64,000 nt of DNA, from the sequence record NC_014636.1. One strand, written 5' to 3'. Both the position numbers and the translations under genes were made by a program. The stretch's first letter is position 1. The number at the start of each line of letters is the position of its first letter. The notes below the pieces were generated by a model. The model was not told where the DNA came from and did not search any database. It worked only from the letters and a program-made list of their open reading frames with translations. Shown piece after piece: positions 47,270 to 55,919 of the stretch.

Positions 47270-47896
47270 TTAATCTTGTTCAACATCTTCTACCATGTAT
47301 CGTGCGAGATCGACATCTTCCGCTTTCGTGCTGACAAACGGACTATGATCCTCATAGTGAGTCTTGCAACTGCTGACGATTACCAGCGGCTTATAGTCAA
47401 ACACGATAATGTCGGCGACGTTTTCGTAATTCTTGATTACTTCCAGAATCTCTTCCCACTTACCACCACCGATACCAGCGCCAATCCTAGGCATAAGAAC
47501 AAGCGGCTTAACATCTTCGGTATTGTGTGCTTCCTCAAGACGGAGCATCATATCATCGAATGCACGTTCGAAAGCATCAAGACGAAAATCGGCGCCCGGA
47601 TAAAGTTGAGAATACAGGTTGAACATCACGGTGCCATGTCCGATTTCCGCTGCGCTCAGTGTGCCGAGTTGATGCGTTTCTTTGTCAACTTCTGTCTTGA
47701 ATTCTTTCGCATACAGACGATCTGCTTTCTCTGCTGCTGGGAAGTGACGCGCCACTTGTGCGGCGAATCCAGCTCCCATTGCGGCAAAGCAGTTACATCC
47801 ATGTGCAATATAGATCTTGTTGGTGTCGGTAGTTTTGCGAGCGATCATGCCTTTGATTACATCGATCAAATTCGCTTCTTGAAAACTGATCATCAT
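47270..47896 (-). CDS. Macrodomain (ADP-ribose binding/hydrolase) protein, T4 Tk.4-like
   Basis: IAHGCNCFAAMGAGFA, FNLYSQ, MPRIGAGIGGGKW. Confidence 0.88.
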   Translation of the reverse strand: MMISFQEANLIDVIKGMIARKTTDTNKIYIAHGCNCFAAMGAGFAAQVARHFPAAEKADRLYAKEFKTEVDKETHQLGTLSAAEIGHGTVMFNLYSQLYPGADFRLDAFERAFDDMMLRLEEAHNTEDVKPLVLMPRIGAGIGGGKWEEILEVIKNYENVADIIVFDYKPLVIVSSCKTHYEDHSPFVSTKAEDVDLARYMVEDVEQD

Positions 47897-47973
47897 TATT
47901 CCTCTTGTTTAGATAATGCATTCTCTCATGACATCGATATGATGTCAACTGATTGGAAATAAAAAAAGCCTCC

Positions 47974-48078
47974 CTAGGGAGGCTCCATATCATCATTGCC
48001 GCAGAACGGGCAAGAACCATCAGACATATCGGCGTGAAAGAGACTAGCCGAACAACGATTGCATGTATGAACTAACAT
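47974..48078 (-). CDS. 34-aa Zn-ribbon microprotein (MLVHTCNRCSASLFHADMSDGSCPFCGNDDMEPP), not in ORF track
   Basis: CNRC and CPFC; RBS AGGAAAG; stop codon lies in terminator loop AGCCTCC-CTAG-GGAGGCT. Confidence 0.55.
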   Translation of the reverse strand: MLVHTCNRCSASLFHADMSDGSCPFCGNDDMEPP

Positions 48079-48079
48079 G

Positions 48080-48742
48080 TTACTTTCCTTTTATTGAGTT
48101 ACGTACCAATTCAATCCAAACGTCATCCAGCCAGTAATTCTTTTTGAAATCAAGCTGGATTCTCTTTTTACGACATTCGTCAATTATCCAGTTACGGACC
48201 CAGCGGCCCATATCATGTTGACGTCTGGCGAAAAAATCATCGCTGTATTTATGAGCGATTGCGTCGCTAGTAAACATTTCTGCCATCACGGGTCGATCTG
48301 CTTTGAAGTCTGCCCAAGCTCCGTCTACCATTTCTTGCAATATGCCCATTAAGCCTGTATTCGGCTTTACTTTTAGCGTGACTACCGAATGGGCAGTCTG
48401 ATAAACCATTTCGTGCTCTGTCTTGCGATAGAACATCCACGAGAAATTTTTATTCTTGCACTTATCGTACTGCTTTAGTGCTTCTTCCACTTGTTCTTTT
48501 GTGAACACCACCAAGCATTTTTTCGGGGTATACAGACTATGCACCATTCTAGGGTGAAATGTCGAGTTGTATCGTAGATCTTCTACCCAGCGTCGTGCCC
48601 ATACAAACGGAATAAACACCGGTTTTTTAGACGACTTGATAAACGTCTGATAACCCTTGTATCCGCCAGCACCATTAGCTGGCCATATGTTGACTTTCGA
48701 CAGGATCAGGTTCATGTCGTTCAAAAGCTGTTCTTGCATCAT
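48080..48742 (-). CDS. Hypothetical protein
   Basis: RBS GGAG before MMQEQ. Confidence 0.65.
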   Translation of the reverse strand: MMQEQLLNDMNLILSKVNIWPANGAGGYKGYQTFIKSSKKPVFIPFVWARRWVEDLRYNSTFHPRMVHSLYTPKKCLVVFTKEQVEEALKQYDKCKNKNFSWMFYRKTEHEMVYQTAHSVVTLKVKPNTGLMGILQEMVDGAWADFKADRPVMAEMFTSDAIAHKYSDDFFARRQHDMGRWVRNWIIDECRKKRIQLDFKKNYWLDDVWIELVRNSIKGK

Positions 48743-49119
48743 AATCTCCAATCGGTAACATACCACAACAATCAAACACTATTCTACGCTTTTTGTCAAC
48801 CTGTAACTCTCGAACTCCATAGATTGAAAATGTCTTATGTTTTCGAACTGCTAGATTCCAAACGTTACGTAAGAATCTATATTCTCGATTGACGCCTGTC
48901 AATGTCATTTCATTGATGATTACCAAATTCGGCGTGGTGCTGGAAAACTTGTAAACACCGCTGCCGTCTATACAAGCGAAATCGTACATGTATTTGGCAA
49001 TGAAAAATCTAATGAAAACTCGACCTCGTTTGAAGCCTCTCCATGGAGCTCCGTTCGCTACCTCAGGCCATGAATCGAACTAGAGCGTCCAACTTATTAT
49101 GAACAGTTGGACGTCCCAT

Positions 49120-49860
49120 TTACGAAATCTTCCGATAATCATCGCCTAGTTGAGCGATTTGTTTCTCGTAGCCATTAATTGTTTCTTGTCTACGGCGGAT
49201 TTCATCTTGTAGTTGTTCGATAACGCCTCGTTGGGCCTTGATCTGAGACTGTTTAGTCGAGATCTTATCCATGATCGATGTCCGCTCTTGTTCCTTCTCA
49301 CCATACTTGGCAATAACTTGCTTGATGGTCAAGTTGCTGGCATCAATGCCATGTCTCCAGCAGAACTCCAGAGCGGTTTTAAGCTGTGATTCGTCTACTG
49401 GTTGAACTGCCTCAATGAAGAAACGCATTTCACTTGGAACGATAATCGGCATAGAGAGGCGAACGACTTCACCATCGCAATTGACGACCTTTGTCACCGC
49501 GCCGAGATTGTTCATTGCATCAACGCGAAACGGCTTTTTCAGATACTCGACGAACGAACGATTTTGAGGAGATACAGAAAAAGCACGTATCGAGTTTTCG
49601 TTTTCGAATTTGTAATATTTGCCGATTTCCATCGTGCGATCAACTCGGATCGCTACCTTTTCAATGTCCGAGATTTTAACACCAGGACACGGTACGATTT
49701 TTTGGGATGAACAGAAAACGAGTTCATAAACCATGCCGTTGTTGTCTTTACGGGGAACGAATTCCCCGTCGGCAGCACTGAACATTTTCACGAACGCGGT
49801 AAGCGATTTATTCAATCGACCTTTGTTCGGGATATGCTCTTTGATTTTGTAGCTTATCAC
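49120..49860 (-). CDS. Hypothetical protein with C-terminal coiled coil
   Basis: Long ORF; MEIGKYYKF motif shared with neighbours. Confidence 0.65.
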   Translation of the reverse strand: MISYKIKEHIPNKGRLNKSLTAFVKMFSAADGEFVPRKDNNGMVYELVFCSSQKIVPCPGVKISDIEKVAIRVDRTMEIGKYYKFENENSIRAFSVSPQNRSFVEYLKKPFRVDAMNNLGAVTKVVNCDGEVVRLSMPIIVPSEMRFFIEAVQPVDESQLKTALEFCWRHGIDASNLTIKQVIAKYGEKEQERTSIMDKISTKQSQIKAQRGVIEQLQDEIRRRQETINGYEKQIAQLGDDYRKIS

Positions 49861-50357
49861 AGCAAGATCTCCAGATTTTTGATTTCGGATTCCAGATCTG
49901 CTTTACGTTGCTTTGCGTCTGCGATCACTTTCTTGTGATTTTGCCAGCAACGACGCATACCAGCGACTGTGATCTTGGAGTCGGATGCAGTCGGATGATA
50001 ATGCTTGAACAGTTGTACCATTCGAGACAACGGGATTGCCATGAACTCAGATTCTTCGCGAACTTCGGAAGGAATTGCTTCCTGGAAGTATTTCATTTCG
50101 TCACGACAGATCAGATTCACTTCTTTGGAGAAACGCTCACCGTTGATTTCAATGACATATACGCTAACAACTTCTTTACCATCAGCCGCATACATAACAC
50201 CATCGTTTTTGCCAGAAATCAGTTTGAACTTGCCTGCATTTCCAATTTTATCGGCTGTGTCTCTGTTTTGTGAGTGCTCACCGCGATATTTCAAACGCGC
50301 AGTTTCGTCGATGAACTCGTATTCTTGACCAATAATCATAGTATCCAGCATTTTCAT
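49857..50357 (-). CDS. Hypothetical protein with C-terminal coiled coil
   Basis: MIIGQEYEF motif; RBS GAGG. Confidence 0.65.
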   Translation of the reverse strand: MKMLDTMIIGQEYEFIDETARLKYRGEHSQNRDTADKIGNAGKFKLISGKNDGVMYAADGKEVVSVYVIEINGERFSKEVNLICRDEMKYFQEAIPSEVREESEFMAIPLSRMVQLFKHYHPTASDSKITVAGMRRCWQNHKKVIADAKQRKADLESEIKNLEILL

Positions 50358-50393
50358 TTCCTCTTTTTGTTTAGATGTAGTTATCTTAACAGG

Positions 50394-50750
50394 TTAGATT
50401 TCGGTGTCAATGATATTTTTCAGAGAAAGTTCGAGAATTTCGTTTTCTTTTCCTGCTTGATACGCTTCTCGAATCTTGCGCACCAGCTTTTCGCATTCAG
50501 ACTCGCCAACCTCTTCAAAGTAAACGAAATCGCTTTCCAGAATCGGATTGTAAGTCATTGTAATCCCATTGATCTTATCGGCAGTGCCGTCGATTGTCGC
50601 ATCAATGCGGATTTCAGGCTGATTCATCGCTTTCATGATTCGAATATAAGCAGCACTCTTTGTTCCAAGTCCAAGACAATGGAGCCATTGTTGCTTGTGT
50701 TCTTCGCTAATAAAGCGGATCACCTGACCTTCATACAGACGTTTAATCAT
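50394..50750 (-). CDS. Hypothetical protein
   Basis: LYEGQVIRF motif. Confidence 0.6.
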   Translation of the reverse strand: MIKRLYEGQVIRFISEEHKQQWLHCLGLGTKSAAYIRIMKAMNQPEIRIDATIDGTADKINGITMTYNPILESDFVYFEEVGESECEKLVRKIREAYQAGKENEILELSLKNIIDTEI

Positions 50751-50941
50751 TCAACTCTCCTAAGGTAGTCTTCTAGATTACCAGTTACGATTCTTGACTT
50801 TGCGCCTTTGTATTGAAAAGTCAAGAGACATTTGCCTTTACCAAACCACGATACATCGCTTTGTTTCGCGTCTTTAATGAGGGCATTCAACGGAACGCCC
50901 TGCATTTCTTTGATAACTCGATAGCTCGGAACTTTTACCAT
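50747..50941 (-). CDS. Small hypothetical protein
   Basis: Coupled ORF. Confidence 0.5.
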   Translation of the reverse strand: MVKVPSYRVIKEMQGVPLNALIKDAKQSDVSWFGKGKCLLTFQYKGAKSRIVTGNLEDYLRRVE

Positions 50942-51354
50942 CGCTTATTACTCGCACATGAATCGGCAATGATCATGCCAATCAGACCGAGAAACGCAAG
51001 CGCAACGCCACCAAGCATACTGACGACACCCTTTTCGCTGATGTTTCGTTCTTCGATTGACTTGGCTTCTACCAAGAAATGTGTGCCTTTCGAGTGTTTT
51101 ACCATGTCTTGGTAAGCAAGTGGATGATAGTTGATCTCCACGTACTCATTCACACGCTCGTCCACGAAACGACATTTGTTTACTTGATACACGCTATGTT
51201 TAGATCCCTCGATTGTCTGATAGCAGCCTTCCAATGGCATAGACACCTTGACATCATCGTAAGTTCCAGCATAAGTCAGAATACCGACACCGATCGCGAA
51301 ACTTGCTAGACCACCGGCAAGAATCACACCAAACCCTTTAGCTACTGCATTCAT
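50935..51354 (-). CDS. Two-TM membrane protein with periplasmic loop
   Basis: N- and C-terminal TM helices; RBS GAGGAA. Confidence 0.65.
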   Translation of the reverse strand: MNAVAKGFGVILAGGLASFAIGVGILTYAGTYDDVKVSMPLEGCYQTIEGSKHSVYQVNKCRFVDERVNEYVEINYHPLAYQDMVKHSKGTHFLVEAKSIEERNISEKGVVSMLGGVALAFLGLIGMIIADSCASNKRW

Positions 51355-51506
51355 ACTGTTTTCCTCATTTTGTGTTGTGCTACCAATATAATGCCACACA
51401 CGGACAATGTCAATAGGACTCCTAAAAATAATCCCATCTTTCCGAATACGCTAACAAGGGTGAAGCATGTCACATTAGCAGCAACGCATAAACTTAGCTT
51501 TAACAT
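51351..51506 (-). CDS. 51-aa two-TM microprotein, not in ORF track
   Basis: MLKLSLCVAANVTCFTLVSVFGKMGLFLGVLLTLSVCGIILVAQHKMRKTV; GGAG RBS; ATGA overlap with next gene. Confidence 0.6.
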   Translation of the reverse strand: MLKLSLCVAANVTCFTLVSVFGKMGLFLGVLLTLSVCGIILVAQHKMRKTV

Positions 51507-51521
51507 ATAATAACTCCATAA

Positions 51522-51546
51522 GAAAAATCCCGCCGAAGCGGGATTC
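51522..51546 (-). terminator. Terminator hairpin of the cassette family (UUCG loop)
   Basis: AATCCCGC-CGAA-GCGGGATT with A-tract. Confidence 0.85.
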
Positions 51547-51548
51547 GA

Positions 51549-52601
51549 TTAAATGCCTGTGAAATACTGAATGATTTCATAATGATCATCAAAGAAGTTG
51601 TGACGATTGCGGCGTACCATGTGCATTGGCATCCAGAATACATCGCGAACTTCATCGCGCGGCTTAACCGCTGGCAGTTTACCATCAGCATCGGGTTGCA
51701 GTTCGATATACAGAGCCAGAGTCGGTTTGCAGATCGGATAGCTACGTCCCGGATAGTCGAAAATCTTCTCTTTCTTGACCGAACCACGAATTACGCGCTC
51801 CGGCACTTTAAGACGTACTTCCTCGCGCAGTTCGCGAATCGCACATTCTTTATAGGTCTCGTCTTCATTCTTGTGACCACCAGGCAGTGCATACGCACCC
51901 AAACCAGGAAGATTACCACGAATTGTAACGAGCAGGTGACCATTGCAAGTAACGACGGCATCACCAGTAGAGCAGTTCAGAGCCTCACGATATGGATACG
52001 CTTCCATCTTCTTGAGTTCTTTTTTGTTGTGCTGATGTTCTTTAGCCAGTCGATTGTATTCTTCTGCTTTCTTGACTTTGTAGGATTTCAGCCAAGCAAT
52101 CACACCCGGAGTAACGATCTCGCTGTGCAGACTTTCAAAGTCAAATGCAGGATCAAAGAAAGAATCACGGATGAAAGTTGCACTGATCGGCTTACCGTTG
52201 TGCATCTGACATTCGATCTCAGTCAGTTCCCAGCCAAAAGTCTCCAGCCACCAACTGTTCTTGTCTTTCTTGTTACCAACCATGGTGATCTTGTCGCCCA
52301 TTTGTTCGTCTACCGCGTCGCGGATATCAGCTTGCCAACGTTCGTTGGTGTAATTGCTGTCATCCACATAACGGAAGTATACATCGTTCGGATTCAGACC
52401 GTAGTCTTTCATCGCGACACGAAGCATTGCCTCACGTTCAGCAGGACGGAATGGGTTTTTCATATTCGGAAACGCATTCGCAGAACCCAGGATGATGTAT
52501 ACCTTTTGTGCAACGCTCATTGCAACGCGAATCATTTCCAGATGGCCGATGTGGTTGATTTGATACCGACCGTTTACTACAGCTTTGTCATACATTTTCA
52601 T
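51549..52601 (-). CDS. Bifunctional NMN adenylyltransferase / Nudix (ADP-ribose) hydrolase, NadM-Nudix/NatV type
   Basis: GRYQINHIGH (HxGH), KNPF; Nudix box GGHKNEDETYKECAIRELREEV; FFDDHYEII. Confidence 0.92.
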   Translation of the reverse strand: MKMYDKAVVNGRYQINHIGHLEMIRVAMSVAQKVYIILGSANAFPNMKNPFRPAEREAMLRVAMKDYGLNPNDVYFRYVDDSNYTNERWQADIRDAVDEQMGDKITMVGNKKDKNSWWLETFGWELTEIECQMHNGKPISATFIRDSFFDPAFDFESLHSEIVTPGVIAWLKSYKVKKAEEYNRLAKEHQHNKKELKKMEAYPYREALNCSTGDAVVTCNGHLLVTIRGNLPGLGAYALPGGHKNEDETYKECAIRELREEVRLKVPERVIRGSVKKEKIFDYPGRSYPICKPTLALYIELQPDADGKLPAVKPRDEVRDVFWMPMHMVRRNRHNFFDDHYEIIQYFTGI

Positions 52602-52686
52602 TTTACCAAAACTCCTTTGGACGCCACACTCAGAGCGGTGGCTTAACTCATGTGAACTATTATACAGATTTGAATTCAGAAATCAA

Positions 52687-53184
52687 CTATTTTTTCATCC
52701 GCTTCAACAGTTTTATTTGTGTCTCGTTGTACGCCTCGAAATAAACGTGATAGTTAACTCGTCCCAAGTCATCTTGCAACAAGGTAAACGTCATCGATTC
52801 ATGACTAAGCGACTTATCGCGAAGTCCCATCAACGGTGGTGTGTGGTTTTTCAGATAGGATTTAACCCACTGATCATTCGGCAGATTTCTCCATACCAGA
52901 CACACAAAATCCATGTGCGCAGCGAATACGCCAGCAGCCTTCATTACGTATTCTGGCTTAATGTTCTTTGCGAAGTGATAACACACCGCCAATTCACGCC
53001 AAGCAGATCGCATTTCAGATAGAGTTTGATTCGAAAGTGAATACATCGGCTCAAACGACTGCATGATCTGCCGTTCTACCTTGTCTTTCATCCCTGGTTC
53101 TATGATCAGCAGCGGTGGGTAAATGGAACTGAACTCAGCGATTTCACCGTATCCCGATGTAAGCAACTTGGTATCGTGAAGCAT
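52687..53184 (-). CDS. Hypothetical protein
   Basis: RBS GGAG before MLHDTK. Confidence 0.6.
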   Translation of the reverse strand: MLHDTKLLTSGYGEIAEFSSIYPPLLIIEPGMKDKVERQIMQSFEPMYSLSNQTLSEMRSAWRELAVCYHFAKNIKPEYVMKAAGVFAAHMDFVCLVWRNLPNDQWVKSYLKNHTPPLMGLRDKSLSHESMTFTLLQDDLGRVNYHVYFEAYNETQIKLLKRMKK

Positions 53185-53338
53185 GTTGGCTCCCAAATGT
53201 TAAATTGTAAGATTGTTGTTGTCAGGTTCAAAACTGGGATCCGCACCATATGAGCGCCGGATTCGCATAACTGAATATAACTGGCAGTGTATACGGAACC
53301 GTTCCATATCACAACTACCAATTCGTTTTCTTCGAACA

Positions 53339-53533
53339 TTATTTCACTTCCACCCAATAATAGCTAGATGCGAATGTGTTGGTCTTCGGTACTTCTACTG
53401 TCTTACCATCTACAGTTGCCGTGATTGTGTCTCCGTTATCTCTCACTATCACAGCACGATAGCTGTATCCGCTGATCAAAACTTGACAGGGACGACCGAC
53501 AACATATTCTGGTAGCCCATATTTCAGACTCAT
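53339..53533 (-). CDS. Small SH3-like hypothetical protein
   Basis: Coupled ORF, beta-rich. Confidence 0.55.
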   Translation of the reverse strand: MSLKYGLPEYVVGRPCQVLISGYSYRAVIVRDNGDTITATVDGKTVEVPKTNTFASSYYWVEVK

Positions 53534-53799
53534 TTCAAACCCTCACAAAAAGTTGTGACACGATCAAACTCGGTATAATCCCGAAACGGATTGGACATGA
53601 AATAAAGCGTCCGAAGAGAGACCGAGTTATGCAGCTCACACAGCTTTGGATATTCGTCATAAACGAAAATGTTTTTCTCCATGCGCTGCATAACAGTTTC
53701 GAGATCTGTTCTAATTGCTTGTGCCGCAACAAAACCACTACTGATTAAGCTAAGTGCCGCAATGATAGATGCTTTGATAATCACAGATATTTCTCGCAT
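53530..53799 (-). CDS. Possibly exported small protein
   Basis: N-terminal hydrophobic signal-like segment. Confidence 0.55.
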   Translation of the reverse strand: MREISVIIKASIIAALSLISSGFVAAQAIRTDLETVMQRMEKNIFVYDEYPKLCELHNSVSLRTLYFMSNPFRDYTEFDRVTTFCEGLK

Positions 53800-54161
53800 T
53801 CGTTAAAGTATTTCATGGAAGAATTTAGTTCGATTGCGTATACCCGCTTTGATTCCAGATTCTTACACGATTGGGTCAATTGTGCAAGACGGAATCCTTT
53901 GGATTCGCTGGCTTTACTGATCAACTCCATACTTGGATTACTAGCTCGTTTCAGTATTTCCAATGTCAGATTATCATTTTCTACCATTGTCATGTATAAC
54001 CTGACGTCTTGTTGTGCCGTCTCAACTTCGAGTGTCCAATTATTTTGACGCTTCCAGTGAGCAATGGAAATTAGAGCGGAAAACATACACACGGTAATGA
54101 CTGCCATTGCGATTAAGTATGCCTTTTGATGTTTCACAGGAAAACCCCTTGTTCGCCACAA
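53781..54161 (-). CDS. Membrane-anchored coiled-coil protein
   Basis: N-terminal TM; start uncertain. Confidence 0.55.
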   Translation of the reverse strand: MWRTRGFPVKHQKAYLIAMAVITVCMFSALISIAHWKRQNNWTLEVETAQQDVRLYMTMVENDNLTLEILKRASNPSMELISKASESKGFRLAQLTQSCKNLESKRVYAIELNSSMKYFNECEKYL

Positions 54162-54559
54162 ATGTTATGAACTGCTTGCAGTTTGATTTGTTCCTCTGAA
54201 CCATATTGCAAGTCATCAACTGACTGTCGTTGTTCATACAAATCATATATCTGACAAGCGGCGCGAACTTCTAATCCTCTAATCGAAATCAAGCTATCAT
54301 TTGCGCGTTTTATGGTAGGAAGAATATCGCTACCTCTCAGATCTAATTCCTCTTGTTGATACTGAATCTTTTTATCAACTAAATCGGCATATTCGTCGAT
54401 TACGTCCTGTACCAGTTTGTCTTCGTATTCGCTTAATTGCTTCGGTTTTACTACAAAAGGACCTTCGATGATTTTAACTGGTGTAACGCTGTTCATGCCC
54501 AGAACGAAAGAACCTGTACTGATTACGGCACCTAAAATCAAAGCTTGATATCGTTTCAT
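54134..54559 (-). CDS. Possibly exported/membrane-anchored helical protein
   Basis: N-terminal signal-like segment. Confidence 0.6.
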   Translation of the reverse strand: MKRYQALILGAVISTGSFVLGMNSVTPVKIIEGPFVVKPKQLSEYEDKLVQDVIDEYADLVDKKIQYQQEELDLRGSDILPTIKRANDSLISIRGLEVRAACQIYDLYEQRQSVDDLQYGSEEQIKLQAVHNICGEQGVFL

Positions 54560-54831
54560 TTTACCAACTCCGGTTTGACTGTAGAGAAGTTCAGAACACC
54601 TTGACCGTATCCGTTATCTTCGGTCATCACTTCTTTCATATAAAGAGGAAATTCGTGTTCTTCGTAATCCCGATCCATAAACAACCAACGACCGAAATTG
54701 TATTGTTCGCAAAACTTGGTAAATTCTTCTTTATTGGAAATCAGAGTGTAACCAATCTTGATCATAAATTCGTGCATGATGTCTTCCTCATTTTGTTGTT
54801 GGCATATTATCATGCCCACATACTCAGTCAA
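54556..54831 (-). CDS. Hypothetical protein
   Basis: Coupled ORF. Confidence 0.5.
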   Translation of the reverse strand: MTEYVGMIICQQQNEEDIMHEFMIKIGYTLISNKEEFTKFCEQYNFGRWLFMDRDYEEHEFPLYMKEVMTEDNGYGQGVLNFSTVKPELVK

Positions 54832-55191
54832 TCACTTTTTGAAAGTAATTTCGGTGCCGTTATCGCACAGAACGGTGATTTCGTTGTTGCTGATGATCTG
54901 AACTACTTTGAATTTCTGAGTGTTGAACTTGCGATCCATCACGTTGAAGCTAGTTTTGTAACCATACTTCTTGCCGAGTTCAACCGGAGTTTTACCAAAC
55001 AGCTTTTTGTAAATCTCGTATTCGCTGCTGTGAGAGATTACAGCGACTTGGCCCTTGGAGTCCAACAGCATATAAGACGGCATAACAAATTGCTGGGTGT
55101 TGTTGTGAATGTGAAAACCCAGGCGTTTAGCAGCTTCCAATTCTTTCAGAGTTTGCAGGCCTTTGGCGATTGTTACGTCTTGCTTAGTCAT
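54832..55191 (-). CDS. Hypothetical early protein
   Basis: First gene after cassette B. Confidence 0.65.
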   Translation of the reverse strand: MTKQDVTIAKGLQTLKELEAAKRLGFHIHNNTQQFVMPSYMLLDSKGQVAVISHSSEYEIYKKLFGKTPVELGKKYGYKTSFNVMDRKFNTQKFKVVQIISNNEITVLCDNGTEITFKK

Positions 55192-55197
55192 GATGTT

Positions 55198-55292
55198 TTC
55201 TCAGTGTTTCGTTTCGATGTGGCTATAATAACAGGCTCATGTCTCGATGCAAGCACTTTTGAAAAAAAAAATCCCGCCGAAGCGGGATTCTT
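55198..55292 (-). promoter_or_regulatory. Terminator-promoter cassette (PeSL-like), copy B
   Basis: UUCG terminator 55270-55289; TTGCAT-N16-TATTAT; leader CCACATCGAAACGAAACACTGAG. Confidence 0.8.
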
Positions 55293-55294
55293 GA

Positions 55295-55864
55295 TTAACG
55301 GAGTTTGATAGTCTTGGCTTCACCGGTTTCGAAAGCTTCGTTGGTTTCTTTGTCAAGAACAATCTTACACAGAGAATCAACGTCTTTCTTTGGGAAACCC
55401 GCGAGTCGAGACATAAAGCCAGACATCACGAAGTTACGTTGGTTTTCATAGCCACCACAAACATCCAGCTTCTTATCTTGGCTCAGTTTGAACTCATTGC
55501 GACCAGCTTCCATAGCAACTTGCAGACTCTTATACATGCTGGAATCGAACGGCAGATTATTTTCAGTCATGAACTGAGTAACAGCCTTTGACCCGTCTTT
55601 ACCGTAGCGACCCTGGAAAGTTGCGTCGATTACTTTTTTCAGATCTGCGGTATACATTTCTGGAATCTGTGCCATATCACGAATCTTGAGAGTATACGCG
55701 CTCAGAGTGTTCTGGCTCGCTTTGTGGAACTTCTCGATATTCGTTTCGAACTGAGTATTGGTATTCGAGGTACTGACGTACATCCCAACAAAGCCCAGTA
55801 CAGGAACAACAATCAGACCGATAACCAGAACCAGAACAGCAATCAGAGTTTTATTCATTTTCAT
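55295..55864 (-). CDS. LemA-like membrane-anchored helical protein
   Basis: Single N-terminal TM, then YVSTSN...helical bundle...SRLAGFP-type C-terminus; start uncertain. Confidence 0.55.
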   Translation of the reverse strand: MKMNKTLIAVLVLVIGLIVVPVLGFVGMYVSTSNTNTQFETNIEKFHKASQNTLSAYTLKIRDMAQIPEMYTADLKKVIDATFQGRYGKDGSKAVTQFMTENNLPFDSSMYKSLQVAMEAGRNEFKLSQDKKLDVCGGYENQRNFVMSGFMSRLAGFPKKDVDSLCKIVLDKETNEAFETGEAKTIKLR

Positions 55865-55919
55865 TTCCTTTAACATCATTGAGAATATAACCAGAGACCA
55901 ACCAATTTTGTCAATCATT

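Noticed and set aside
48675-48989. 104-aa minus-strand ORF
   Set aside because: No clear RBS and overlaps the next gene; left unannotated
51582-52646. 354-aa + strand ORF exactly antisense to the NMNAT-Nudix gene
   Set aside because: Mirror frame of a conserved enzyme; no RBS or promoter; protein looks non-globular
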